Positions 1 to 10,462 of a stretch of 64,000 nt of DNA are shown piece by piece (position 1 is the first letter of the stretch; the number at the start of each line of letters is the position of its first letter). The DNA lies in assembly GCA_036769985.1 (NCBI GenBank), contig DAIPKA010000033.1:8900-72899 (forward strand), given 5' to 3'. The notes under the pieces were generated by a model that was given only the letters and a program-made list of their open reading frames with translations, was not told the origin of the DNA and did not search any database. Origin of the DNA: Candidatus Hydrogenedentota bacterium. GTDB lineage: Bacteria; Hydrogenedentota; Hydrogenedentia; Hydrogenedentales; SLHB01. Position numbers and translations under genes: made by a program.

Positions 1-1242
1 GTCGACTTCGGATCGCGTGATGTGCGCGTCCTGATTGCTCGGAAAGAGGGCGAGACGATTGCCGTGACCGGCCACGGCACGGCGCCGGCCCGAGGATGCG
101 TTTCCCGGGGCGTCGTGCAGGATCTGAGCGCGGCCGAATCGGCCCTGGGCAAGGCGCTGGCCGAGGCGGAAGATCGCGCCCATGCCCACATGAGTACGCT
201 TTTCTGCGGGATCAATGGCACGAAGGTCGACAGCTCGATCCGCGAAGGAAAACACACCCTTACCCACGAGCGGGTTGACCGCGAGGATATGAAGCAGGCC
301 CATGAGAACGCCGCCACGGAGGCCGCCGAGGCCGGCAAAAGGATCGTTTCGTCCATCAGTGCTCAGGAGTGGTTTGTAGACGGCCTTCGTGTAGCCAACC
401 CTTTGAATATCCGAGGTCAGGTGCTGAAGACGCGCGTCCACTTGGCCCAACTTCCGAGCGTCATCGTCGACAACCTGGCCGCGTGTGTCCTGTCCCAACA
501 TCGTCGGATCGAGGACATGATATTCCTGCCGGTAGCCAATGCCCTGGGCTGCCTCACGCCCGAGGACATGGAATTGGGCGTGGCTGTGCTCGACCTTGGG
601 CACAACACGACCGGCATGGCGCTGTATCGCGGCCGGAGCATCCTGGATACCTTTGTGATCCCTGTGGGGGGCAACGATATTGTGAATGATGTGGCCGGCG
701 GCCTGAGCACCTCGTTTCTGGAGGCGGAGGAACTGGTTCTCGAGTACGGTGTGCCGGACGCCCTTATCCGGACGGATGGCGAGGCCGGTCCCGAGGGGGC
801 TCCAGGACGCGACGTGAATCCCTTGATCAAGCTGCATCATGCCGTTCGAAGCGCCCGCGACAGCGTCGAGCGGGGCGCTTTAGACCGGATCATCTATCTG
901 CGCGCCAAAGAAATCCTGACCAAGATGCGCCAGCATTTGCACAAGAAGGACCTCATGAACAACCTGGTCCGGGGAATTGTGCTGACCGGGGGGGGCAGCA
1001 TGCTGAAGAACCAGGTCGCTCTGGCCGAGTCCGTGTTCGAGGTGCCATGCCAGGTCGGTTTGCCCGAGAACATCAGCGTTCCTAAGGAAATACACACGCC
1101 GGAGTTCGTGTCGGCGGTCGGCATCGCCCACCACGCCTTCGAGTTCCGCAAGGCTGTCCGCGAGAAGCGGATCGACAGCGCCAACACAAGTCCATCCGGA
1201 ATCCGGATGGTGCTGGACGCCATCCGGCAGCTCTTCTTCTAG
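1..1242 (+). CDS. ftsA: Cell division protein FtsA (actin-like ATPase), 5' end truncated by the window edge
   Basis: The reading frame is open from nt 1 (VDFGSRDVRVLIA resembles the FtsA N-terminal LDIGTSKI region). It has actin/HSP70-fold motifs (VLDLGHNTTGMAL, VIPVGGNDIVNDVA, IVLTGGGSML). The extreme C-terminal amphipathic helix (IRMVLDAIRQLFF) matches the FtsA membrane-targeting sequence. The length, about 410 aa, fits FtsA rather than PilM. Confidence 0.85.
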   Translation, partial: VDFGSRDVRVLIARKEGETIAVTGHGTAPARGCVSRGVVQDLSAAESALGKALAEAEDRAHAHMSTLFCGINGTKVDSSIREGKHTLTHERVDREDMKQAHENAATEAAEAGKRIVSSISAQEWFVDGLRVANPLNIRGQVLKTRVHLAQLPSVIVDNLAACVLSQHRRIEDMIFLPVANALGCLTPEDMELGVAVLDLGHNTTGMALYRGRSILDTFVIPVGGNDIVNDVAGGLSTSFLEAEELVLEYGVPDALIRTDGEAGPEGAPGRDVNPLIKLHHAVRSARDSVERGALDRIIYLRAKEILTKMRQHLHKKDLMNNLVRGIVLTGGGSMLKNQVALAESVFEVPCQVGLPENISVPKEIHTPEFVSAVGIAHHAFEFRKAVREKRIDSANTSPSGIRMVLDAIRQLFF

Positions 1243-1401
1243 GTAGCCTTACGGCAACCCAACTCATTCGTGCGCGGCCCTGTATCTTCTCCCGGTCGGT
1301 CCCGTTCGGGAAGGGGTCTAAAGCTCATTCGACAAGATGCCGATACATGAAGCGGAACGGCGAATGGGACGCCGGACGGATGACAGACGAGGAGAAGTCC
1401 A

Positions 1402-1707
1402 ATGGTTGGCATTCAGGGCATTAACGAAATCTACAAGCCGGCCAATCTTGGATCCGAAGTGGCCGATGGGGAGGTCCGCTCGGATCTCTGCCTGACGGCA
1501 GGCGACGATCTTGCGATCAGCAACGAGGCGCAGAAGGCCTCCAAGCTCTCCGAGCTCTTCAAGCTTTCTGAAGAGCAGGCAAAGCGGCGTGAGGAGGAGA
1601 TTGCGCGCGCGCAGGAGAACCTCAATCGAGGTACGTACCGAGTCCAGCGCGTGGTGCTCCAAGTGGCGGCGAGACTGAGCGCCTATGTGGCAGTCTCGAT
1701 GGAGTAG
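1402..1707 (+). CDS. Hypothetical small protein (101 aa) with a predicted coiled-coil segment
   Basis: A GAGGAG Shine-Dalgarno sits 6 nt upstream of the ATG. A charged heptad-like segment (SELFKLSEEQAKRREEEIARAQENL) is present. An intrinsic terminator lies immediately downstream. No recognisable family. Confidence 0.35.
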   Translation: MVGIQGINEIYKPANLGSEVADGEVRSDLCLTAGDDLAISNEAQKASKLSELFKLSEEQAKRREEEIARAQENLNRGTYRVQRVVLQVAARLSAYVAVSME

Positions 1708-1736
1708 AAGCTAGATTCGCGCGGCGACTCAATGGG

Positions 1737-1780
1737 CGTGTCCACGCAGTGGGTGGACACGTTTGTTTTTTGGGTCTTTT
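1737..1780 (+). terminator. Rho-independent terminator (9-bp stem cgtgtccac/gtggacacg, 7-nt loop, followed by tttgttttttgggtctttt)
   Basis: A perfect inverted repeat followed by a long T-run, directly after the stop of ORF 1402..1707 and the ftsA transcription unit. Confidence 0.65.
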
Positions 1781-1800
1781 GCGCGTTGATGGGACAAAGA

Positions 1801-1833
1801 GAACCGCCCTCGCGCGGAGCGCGAGGGCGGTTC
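1801..1833. terminator. GC-rich hairpin (13-bp perfect stem gaaccgccctcgc / gcgagggcggttc); candidate terminator for the convergent porin gene
   Basis: A perfect 13-bp inverted repeat lies between convergent genes. The minus-strand side is followed by tctttg, a weak T-run. Confidence 0.45.
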
Positions 1834-1857
1834 GATTTCGACTCTAGCTCGTAGACC

Positions 1858-3228
1858 TTAGAAGCAGATCTTGGTCTGCAAGAAGAGGTAGTCGGCGTCG
1901 TCGTCGTCCGTGCCGACAGCGGTCGCGAAACCGTTGTTCACGACGTAGTTGCCGATGAAGCGGTGGAAGTTGTCTTTGCTGACGCCTTCACCCGTGAAGA
2001 AGTGAGACCAACCGGCCTCGAAGGTCAGGTCCTCGCTGTAGTTGTAGGTCCCATACAGGCCGAGTTCCCAGCCGAGTTCGTCGTCGAGGTCTTCGGTTTC
2101 CCACGGCCAGAAATGCACGCGGGTCTCGAGGGCCTCTTCCGGCAGCATGTACGCGCCGCAGAGCATCAACTCGACGTTTTCGGTCGGCATCGCGCTGGCA
2201 CCCGCGCGGAACACCCACGCATTGCTCAGCTCGGTGGCATCCAAGAACTCGCTGTACTCCCAGTTCGAGAACAGGCGGTTGAAGGCCAACGCATCATCTT
2301 CCGCGCCTTCCAGATAGGCAGCGCCCACGAAGAGGCGGGGCGTCATCTGCATGTCGAAAGTGTATCCGACTTCAGCGTTGCCGCCGAAGGCGTCCACATC
2401 GGTGCCGTCCCAACGCTCGAAAACGTTGGCGGTCGTGAGCGGGCCAAGGCGATCCGCATTGCCGAACTGATAGGCGACTTCCGCCTCGAAATCGAAGGCG
2501 GCAACGTTACCGGCGGCGCGCAGGCCGATCGTGTGCAGGGTCGTGACGTCCCAGTCCTTGAGGGGGCAGAGCGGGACCAGACCACGCGCATCGCGCACGA
2601 ACAGCCAGTAGGCATCAAAGGTCATGTCCTCGACACCGAGGTAGCTTCCGTACACGCCGTACAGATCGACGTCGCCATCCTGCTCCAGCGGGCTCAACTC
2701 GGCCAGCTTGGCGGTGAAGGCATCGATGCTGACCATGTCGGTCGCGTAGGTCAAACGAACACCGTCGAAGGACAGGCCCGTGTACAGCGAGGACGTGTCA
2801 TTCACGCCCACGAGCCACTGGCTGCCCAGCGCAAGCTCTTGACGGCCGACGCGCAGGCTCAGGGGCTGGCCCCACATCTCGTCCGCCTGAACGTAGGACT
2901 GGTAGACTTCAACATCATCCGCCGTCGCCGCAGCGCGGTCAACGCCCGTGATGTAGTTCGAACGGAAATCCTGGCCCCACGTATCGTAGCTGTCCAGCTC
3001 GATGAACGCGCAGACCGAATCCGTGAAGTCCGCCTTCACATTGAGGCGCGTGCGCTGCTCGACGAACTTGATGTCGTTGCCGACGCTGTCGTCCCACGCA
3101 TTCACCTCATTGAAATACCAGTTGCCACGAATCCGCAGCGAACCGCCGACTTCGACGTTCTGCAGTTCGGCAACTGCCAACGGGGCGACCATCGCCACCG
3201 CGACAAGCACAAACATAATCTTACGCAT
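1858..3228 (-). CDS. Outer-membrane beta-barrel protein (porin-like; alginate-export/AlgE-like family is possible)
   Basis: It has an N-terminal signal peptide (MRKIMFVLVAVAMVAPLAVA). Composition is rich in alternating aromatic/Gly/Asp beta-strands. It ends in a C-terminal Phe (..QTKICF), typical of OMP barrels. AAGGGAGAA RBS upstream. Confidence 0.6.
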   Translation of the reverse strand: MRKIMFVLVAVAMVAPLAVAELQNVEVGGSLRIRGNWYFNEVNAWDDSVGNDIKFVEQRTRLNVKADFTDSVCAFIELDSYDTWGQDFRSNYITGVDRAAATADDVEVYQSYVQADEMWGQPLSLRVGRQELALGSQWLVGVNDTSSLYTGLSFDGVRLTYATDMVSIDAFTAKLAELSPLEQDGDVDLYGVYGSYLGVEDMTFDAYWLFVRDARGLVPLCPLKDWDVTTLHTIGLRAAGNVAAFDFEAEVAYQFGNADRLGPLTTANVFERWDGTDVDAFGGNAEVGYTFDMQMTPRLFVGAAYLEGAEDDALAFNRLFSNWEYSEFLDATELSNAWVFRAGASAMPTENVELMLCGAYMLPEEALETRVHFWPWETEDLDDELGWELGLYGTYNYSEDLTFEAGWSHFFTGEGVSKDNFHRFIGNYVVNNGFATAVGTDDDDADYLFLQTKICF

Positions 3229-4059
3229 GGAGCGTATTCTCCCTTATTTCTTCCCGGTGGTCCCGGGTAGTATTCGTGTCGTTTACCTGTGAAACAGAAA
3301 CAGCTCTGTTCACTCTTCTTCCGTAACACTTCGCTGGGCCCAATCGCTCGGCCCTTTCTCTATAAGCCTCATCAAGGTCTAGCGGTTCTCGAGGGTGTCG
3401 CTCTTGCGGCTTCTTGCATCCCTCCTTTCGGCCCTCAAAATTACAGAACCACTAACGATGGTACTGTCTACGCTGGATTCCCGGTGCGCAACGCACCCCA
3501 GAATACACAACTCCTCCTTGAAGAACGATGTCAGTATAACAAAGGCCCGGTGGGAAGTCAAGACGTTTTGGGGGACTTTGTCAAGTGAATTCTTCCCGGC
3601 TCAAACGAATCGTTGCGGGCATCCGCCATCGGCCCGGTTCGCTGCCGACCCCGCCCTTCTGGCCCCATATATTGGGCATCACATCCGGAGACTCCCTGTA
3701 TTCGGTATGGACGCCCGCCTGCGAAAGGCGTCTCGGTCTGTTCGCATCCCCGGCCCAAGAGGATGAGCACGAGGGCTCGGCGGGAGCGGTCCAATCATAG
3801 TGATTTTTATGATAATATCACGTAATATTCTGCCGCAGAACTGCCGTAACCCTTTCCATTCTTGAAGCGGATGATGGTCTTCCTGCATGATTACCCCATT
3901 AAGAGAAGCCCATGCGGAAAGGGTTGTCGCGTTGAGTCGGGAACTCTGGGCAAGACAGCATTCGGCCAAAGGGGTGTTTTGGCCGGAAGGGGACGCGAAT
4001 CTTTGGGCGCGGCCCTCGACATTCTGGACCGGTGTTTCGCGACTTTGGAGAAGGAACAG

Positions 4060-5085
4060 ATGCTGTTGTTGGGGATTGGCTGCTCGATTACCGGTCCTCC
4101 TGAGAGCGCGTGGGCCGTTACCGATACCGGTCCGGGACTTGGCGCTCAACTGTTCCGGCTCAGCGTGTTCGTCGTCCTCGTGGTCCTCGTATACTACTTG
4201 GCCATCCGTTGGTTGTGGGTTCGGCGGCGCCGCGCATCGTCTCCCGGAAGCCGCGTTGCGCGCTGGTTTCGCAGTGGCCGGGCGGGGGCGGCGATTCTTG
4301 GCGTGGCCGGCCTTGGCTTGCTGTGCATTATCTACGGTTGTACCTTGGCGCCGGATCGATTGACCGTTCGGCGATACACCGTAGCCACGGCGAAACTCGA
4401 ACCGGGCGAGCACGTCCGGATCGTCCATCTTTCCGACCTACATGTTCGGGCGAAGGGTCACCGCGAGCGGACGTTGCCCGGTATTGTTCGGGATCTCAAA
4501 CCCGACTTGATCCTCCACACCGGCGATCTGTTTGGCTTGGGGCACAAAGAGGCCCTCGTCACCGCGCTCTTGCGCTCTTTCGACGCGCCGCAGTTTGTGT
4601 CGGAGGGTAACCTCGATGTCCTAGGTGACTATGGGGGCGTTATACGGGAGACGGGACTCCATGCCTTGAGCGGCGATACGGCCGCCGTGGAGATCCGGGG
4701 CGTCGGACTGAGCATCAGCGGGTTCGCTTCCGGCATGGAGGACACCATGCGGCCGGTTCTCGATAGGCTTTCGGATGAGACGTTCAACATCGTGCTGTAC
4801 CATCACCCGGAAGGGTTTCCGCAGACCTGGGATACGCCGGCCGACCTGATGCTGGCGGGCCATACGCACGGCGGCCAGGTGTGCTTGCCGTTCTACGGCG
4901 CGATCATCACGCTGGACCGCTATGGGAAGCGTTGGGAATCAGGTCAGTTCTACGAGCATGACACGCACCTCATCGTTTCGCGCGGCGTGGGCTGTGAACC
5001 GGTGACGCCTGAGTTACGGTTCTGGTGTCCCCCGGAGGTCGTGGTCGTCGATCTTGTCGGCGCGGAGCCTGCGGCTCCGGGATAG
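4060..5085 (+). CDS. Membrane-anchored metallophosphoesterase (calcineurin-like, YkuE-like)
   Basis: Motifs LSDLHV, GDLF and GHTHGGQV are present. There are N-terminal TM helices. The start was chosen at the ATG with a GGAGAAGGAACAG RBS; the upstream in-frame extension of ORF 3862..5085 looks non-coding. Confidence 0.75.
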   Translation: MLLLGIGCSITGPPESAWAVTDTGPGLGAQLFRLSVFVVLVVLVYYLAIRWLWVRRRRASSPGSRVARWFRSGRAGAAILGVAGLGLLCIIYGCTLAPDRLTVRRYTVATAKLEPGEHVRIVHLSDLHVRAKGHRERTLPGIVRDLKPDLILHTGDLFGLGHKEALVTALLRSFDAPQFVSEGNLDVLGDYGGVIRETGLHALSGDTAAVEIRGVGLSISGFASGMEDTMRPVLDRLSDETFNIVLYHHPEGFPQTWDTPADLMLAGHTHGGQVCLPFYGAIITLDRYGKRWESGQFYEHDTHLIVSRGVGCEPVTPELRFWCPPEVVVVDLVGAEPAAPG

Positions 5086-5169
5086 GCCACTTCGATCGGC
5101 CGGAGGTCGTCCTGGGCGGGGGCGGCATGGATCACGGGCTCTCAAGCGAGTGGACATTTGCGCTTTCCG

Positions 5170-5198
5170 TTGTACGAGGCCTGTTCATGTGCTATGAT
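5170..5198 (+). promoter_or_regulatory. Sigma-70-like promoter candidate upstream of ftsH (TTGTAC, 17-nt spacer, TATGAT)
   Basis: Hexamers read directly from the sequence with a 17-nt spacer, about 150 nt upstream of the ftsH start codon. Confidence 0.4.
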
Positions 5199-5350
5199 CT
5201 AGACTGAGAAGGGTATAGGAGCAGAAAGGCTGATGACGCGCTCGGCGTCCGTCCCCGTCGAGTCAAGGCAGTGCAGCGGAATGCGCGTTCGGGCGCCGCT
5301 GTTCCGGCGTGGTGGGACATGTCGAGGAGAGAGTTGGCGCAGCGAATACC

Positions 5351-7324
<1,974 letters not shown>

Positions 7325-7328
7325 GTTC

Positions 7329-8162
7329 ATGGCGGCCCCCGCGCTAGTCCGAGCGGCCGATCGGACGCTGATCATGGGCGTGATCAATCCCACTCCGGAC
7401 TCGTTTTATGATGGCGGTCGGATCCAAACCGTCGAGGAGGCATTCCAGTATGCCCGCGAGGCCGTGGCCCATGGGGCCGATATCCTGGATATCGGGGGCG
7501 AGTCTTCGCGACCGGGGGCCGATCCGGTCTCGGCGGACGAGGAACAGCGGCGGGTCCTTCCGGTGATCGAGCACGTGGCGGCGTTGGGCGTTCCGGTATC
7601 GGTGGACACGTATCGCGCCGATACGGCGCGCGAGGCCTTGCGTTGCGGGGCGACCGTTGTCAACGACATTACGGCGTTGCGCGGCGACCCGGAAATGGCC
7701 GCCGTTCTGGCGGAATCGGAATGCGCCTGTGTCCTTATGCATATGCGCGGAACGCCGAAGACCATGCAGCAAGCGCCGCACTACGCCGACGTGGTCGATG
7801 ACATCGCCGCCTTCTTTGATGAACGCCTGAGCTTCGCCGTGCGTGCCGGTATCGCCGAAGAGCGCGTGTGGCTGGATCCGGGCTTCGGTTTCGGCAAGCG
7901 TGTGGAGCACAATCTGGAAATCTTACGGCGACTGGACGTCTTCCAGCGGTTCGGACGTCCCGTGCTCGTCGGCACATCGAACAAGTCGACCATCGGGGCG
8001 GTGCTGGATCTGCCGGTGGATGAGCGTTTGGAAGGGACGGCGGCCACCGTCGCCGTAGCTATCATGCGAGGCGCCGATGCCGTGCGCGTGCACCAGGTGA
8101 AAGCGATGGCGCGAGTCGCACGAATGACCGACGCCATCATGGGGAAGCGCAGCTATGCCTAG
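7329..8162 (+). CDS. folP: Dihydropteroate synthase
   Basis: Pterin-binding domain motifs are present (IMGVINPTPDSFYDGG, DIGGESSRPGA). Position follows the conserved ftsH-folP-glmM synteny. Confidence 0.9.
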   Translation: MAAPALVRAADRTLIMGVINPTPDSFYDGGRIQTVEEAFQYAREAVAHGADILDIGGESSRPGADPVSADEEQRRVLPVIEHVAALGVPVSVDTYRADTAREALRCGATVVNDITALRGDPEMAAVLAESECACVLMHMRGTPKTMQQAPHYADVVDDIAAFFDERLSFAVRAGIAEERVWLDPGFGFGKRVEHNLEILRRLDVFQRFGRPVLVGTSNKSTIGAVLDLPVDERLEGTAATVAVAIMRGADAVRVHQVKAMARVARMTDAIMGKRSYA

Positions 8163-9504
8163 ACAGCAACGACTCTTTGGAACGGATGGAATCCGCGGTC
8201 AGGCGAACACCTATCCGATGACGACGGAAATGGCGTTGCGCGTAGGCCGCGCCGCGGGCTATGTGTTTCGCAAGGAAGACCGACCTCACTCGATTCTCAT
8301 CGGAAAAGATACCCGGCAATCGGGCTACTTGATTGAGTATGCCCTAACGGCAGGCATCTGCTCGGTGGGCGTGAACGTGTTGCTCGTCGGCCCGCTTCCG
8401 ACGCCGGGCGTCTCCTACATCATGCGCAGTCTGCGGGCCGACGCCGCGATCATGATCTCGGCGTCTCACAACATGTTTGAGGATAACGGCATCAAGCTGT
8501 TCGCCCGCGACGGATTCAAGATTCCCGATGAAGTGGAGGACGAAATCGAGCGCCTCATCAACTCGAGCGAGATCGACGGCGTTCGTCCGACCGGCGAACA
8601 CGTCGGGATCGCCCGCCGCATCGATGACGCGGTCGGTCGCTACATCGAGTTTGCGAAGGCCTCGTTCCCCAAGGGCATGCGGCTGGATGGACTGCGGATC
8701 GTCTGCGATTGCGCGAACGGGGCGGCGTACAAGGTGGGTCCCTTCACGCTGCGGGAACTCGGGGCCGATGTGATTCCTATCGCCGACCGCCCCGACGGGC
8801 GCAACATCAACGCGGGCTGCGGCTCCGTTCATCCCGAGGAGATGCGTGCCCGCGTGATCCGTGAGCGGGCCGACTTGGGCGTGGCGTTTGACGGCGACGG
8901 CGACCGGATCGCCATGGCGGATGAGGAGGGCCGCCTGCTGGACGGGAACGCCCTGCTGACCATTCTGGGCGTCGATATGCTGGACCGCGGAGACCTTCCC
9001 GAGAAGACGCTTGCGACTACCGTCATGGCGAACGGCGGCCTCGAACGCGCCATCGAGGCCCATGGCGGTCAAGTCCTGCGGACGTCCGTGGGCGACCGGT
9101 ACGTGGTCGAGGCCATGCGCGAGCACGGACTCCTGCTCGGCGGTGAGTCATCGGGGCATATTGTGATGCTCGAACACAACACGACCGGCGACGCGTTGAT
9201 CACGGCGCTTCACGTGCTGGCCACCATGATCCGGAACAACCAGCCGTTGTCTGTTCTAGCCCATGAGTATCAGCCCATGCCCGAGGCGCATACGTCGGTG
9301 CCGGTGCAGCACGGCAAACGCCCGTCTGAAGAACAGATCAATACGATTACGCGCGAGGCGGAGGCTCTGCTGAAGGGATCGGGGCGTGTCGTGATCCGGC
9401 CCTCCGGCACCGAGCCCATCATCCGCGTTATGGTTCAGCACGGGGCGGTCCGCGAGGCCGAACGTCTGGCCAAGAAGCTTGCGGAGCAGATCGCCGCGCT
9501 ATAG
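8155..9504 (+). CDS. glmM: Phosphoglucosamine mutase
   Basis: N-terminal LFGTDGIRG motif. The active-site Ser loop ISASHNMFEDNGIK and the C-terminal phosphate-binding loop (RPSGTEP) are present. It overlaps the folP stop by 8 nt. Confidence 0.9.
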   Translation: MPRQQRLFGTDGIRGQANTYPMTTEMALRVGRAAGYVFRKEDRPHSILIGKDTRQSGYLIEYALTAGICSVGVNVLLVGPLPTPGVSYIMRSLRADAAIMISASHNMFEDNGIKLFARDGFKIPDEVEDEIERLINSSEIDGVRPTGEHVGIARRIDDAVGRYIEFAKASFPKGMRLDGLRIVCDCANGAAYKVGPFTLRELGADVIPIADRPDGRNINAGCGSVHPEEMRARVIRERADLGVAFDGDGDRIAMADEEGRLLDGNALLTILGVDMLDRGDLPEKTLATTVMANGGLERAIEAHGGQVLRTSVGDRYVVEAMREHGLLLGGESSGHIVMLEHNTTGDALITALHVLATMIRNNQPLSVLAHEYQPMPEAHTSVPVQHGKRPSEEQINTITREAEALLKGSGRVVIRPSGTEPIIRVMVQHGAVREAERLAKKLAEQIAAL

Positions 9505-9526
9505 GTGCGTTGCCTCGATTCGAGCG

Positions 9527-10282
9527 CTACTTCTCGGACGTGAAATCCAAGGTGTTGAGAAAATCGTTGAGTGCGCTCTGTTCCTTCTTCGAGATATCGA
9601 CGAATTGCACGCCGCACGCAAAGGCGCCCTTCTCGGGGATTGCCTTTACCCATCGCACGGCGCCGTTGGCGCGAACCATGGCCTTGTTCGGCAGGGCGAT
9701 CTCGAGTCGGAGGTGCTGCGATGTCTCGAGGGGCTGCCGGGTGGCCAACGCGGCACCCCCGTGACTCAGATCCATCAGGCGCCCTTTCACCTCAAACTCA
9801 TCCACCGCCCAATCGTTCGAGTAGCCGGCCGAGGATCCGATCACGAGCTTGATCACCACGCGGCAGTTGTGACGGATCAGATGCCGGCGCTCGCGTTTGA
9901 CCTGACTGCTGTCCGAGGTCTTCAGGCGTTCGATGAGGGCTTGTTGCTCGCGGAGGCGCTGCAACAACTCCTTGTCGGCTTGACGCCGAACCGTTTTTCG
10001 TCGTTCTATCAATGGGCCACCTCGTGTCGAGCGGTAGGCGTTTCCGCGCGCCACTCGCTGTGGGAACGAACGCTTGTCTTCCCGACGCCGCGCTTCTCTG
10101 GCGGCCGAACCGGGCTTGCCGTAGCGCACCCATTCTGCCCGAAGCGCTCGCGATATTGCAATCATCTCTCGATAGGGGCTCTCCATCGGCGCGGCCCTGT
10201 GGGTGCTGCCGACAACCCGCGAGAAGGCGTGGCCGTTCTTCGGCGCCGGATACTCGTCAAAATGGACAAATAATTGACACAA
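9527..10282 (-). CDS. PilZ-domain c-di-GMP receptor protein (start uncertain: TTG at 10282 or ATG at 10186)
   Basis: C-terminal PilZ signature RRxxxR (RERRHLIRHN) and D-x-S-x-GG (MDLSHGGAA). Transcribed divergently from the pilus ATPase cluster. Confidence 0.6.
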   Translation of the reverse strand: MCQLFVHFDEYPAPKNGHAFSRVVGSTHRAAPMESPYREMIAISRALRAEWVRYGKPGSAAREARRREDKRSFPQRVARGNAYRSTRGGPLIERRKTVRRQADKELLQRLREQQALIERLKTSDSSQVKRERRHLIRHNCRVVIKLVIGSSAGYSNDWAVDEFEVKGRLMDLSHGGAALATRQPLETSQHLRLEIALPNKAMVRANGAVRWVKAIPEKGAFACGVQFVDISKKEQSALNDFLNTLDFTSEK

Positions 10283-10305
10283 AAGGATTTATGGAGCGTA
10301 TTCAC

Positions 10306-10335
10306 TTGACGGAGAGTTCGCCCTGGTGATAGAAT
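10306..10335 (+). promoter_or_regulatory. Sigma-70-like promoter candidate (TTGACG, 18-nt spacer, TAGAAT) for the MshEN-DnaA fusion / pilB / pilT operon
   Basis: Good -35/-10 hexamers in the divergent intergenic region, about 130 nt upstream of ATG 10463. Confidence 0.4.
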
Positions 10336-10462
10336 CGACACTGGTGTATGCTACACTGGCATCGTCGTTTCGTCGGCGCAGGATGACAGGCGCGAGGGTC
10401 CCCGGCTCCGGGGACACGGGCGAAGGCGGCGGCCATGACGTAGGCCAGGAACGAAGAGAAGC

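Noticed and set aside
1-1242. Alternative call of the first gene as PilM (FtsA-like pilus assembly protein), given the pil genes nearby
   Set aside because: The length (about 410 aa) and the terminal amphipathic membrane-targeting helix fit FtsA rather than PilM. The insertion between the actin-fold motifs is subdomain-1C-like. The pil locus is 9 kb away and separated by unrelated operons.
3229-4059. Possible tmRNA, RNase P RNA or SRP RNA in the long intergenic gap
   Set aside because: I found no match to the following on either strand:
- tmRNA tag ORF and T-arm/CCA end
- RNase P P4/GGUAAGAGCGCACC cores
- the SRP domain IV motif
It is kept only as an unexplained non-coding region.
3679-4428. 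249-aa minus-strand ORF overlapping the 5' part of the metallophosphoesterase gene
   Set aside because: It is a Pro/Arg/Ala-rich low-complexity product with no RBS. It overlaps a plus-strand gene that has TM helices and phosphoesterase motifs.
9479-10273. 264-aa plus-strand ORF opposite the PilZ gene
   Set aside because: The minus-strand frame carries the PilZ RxxxR / DxSxGG signature. The plus-strand product is featureless and read-through from glmM is unlikely.
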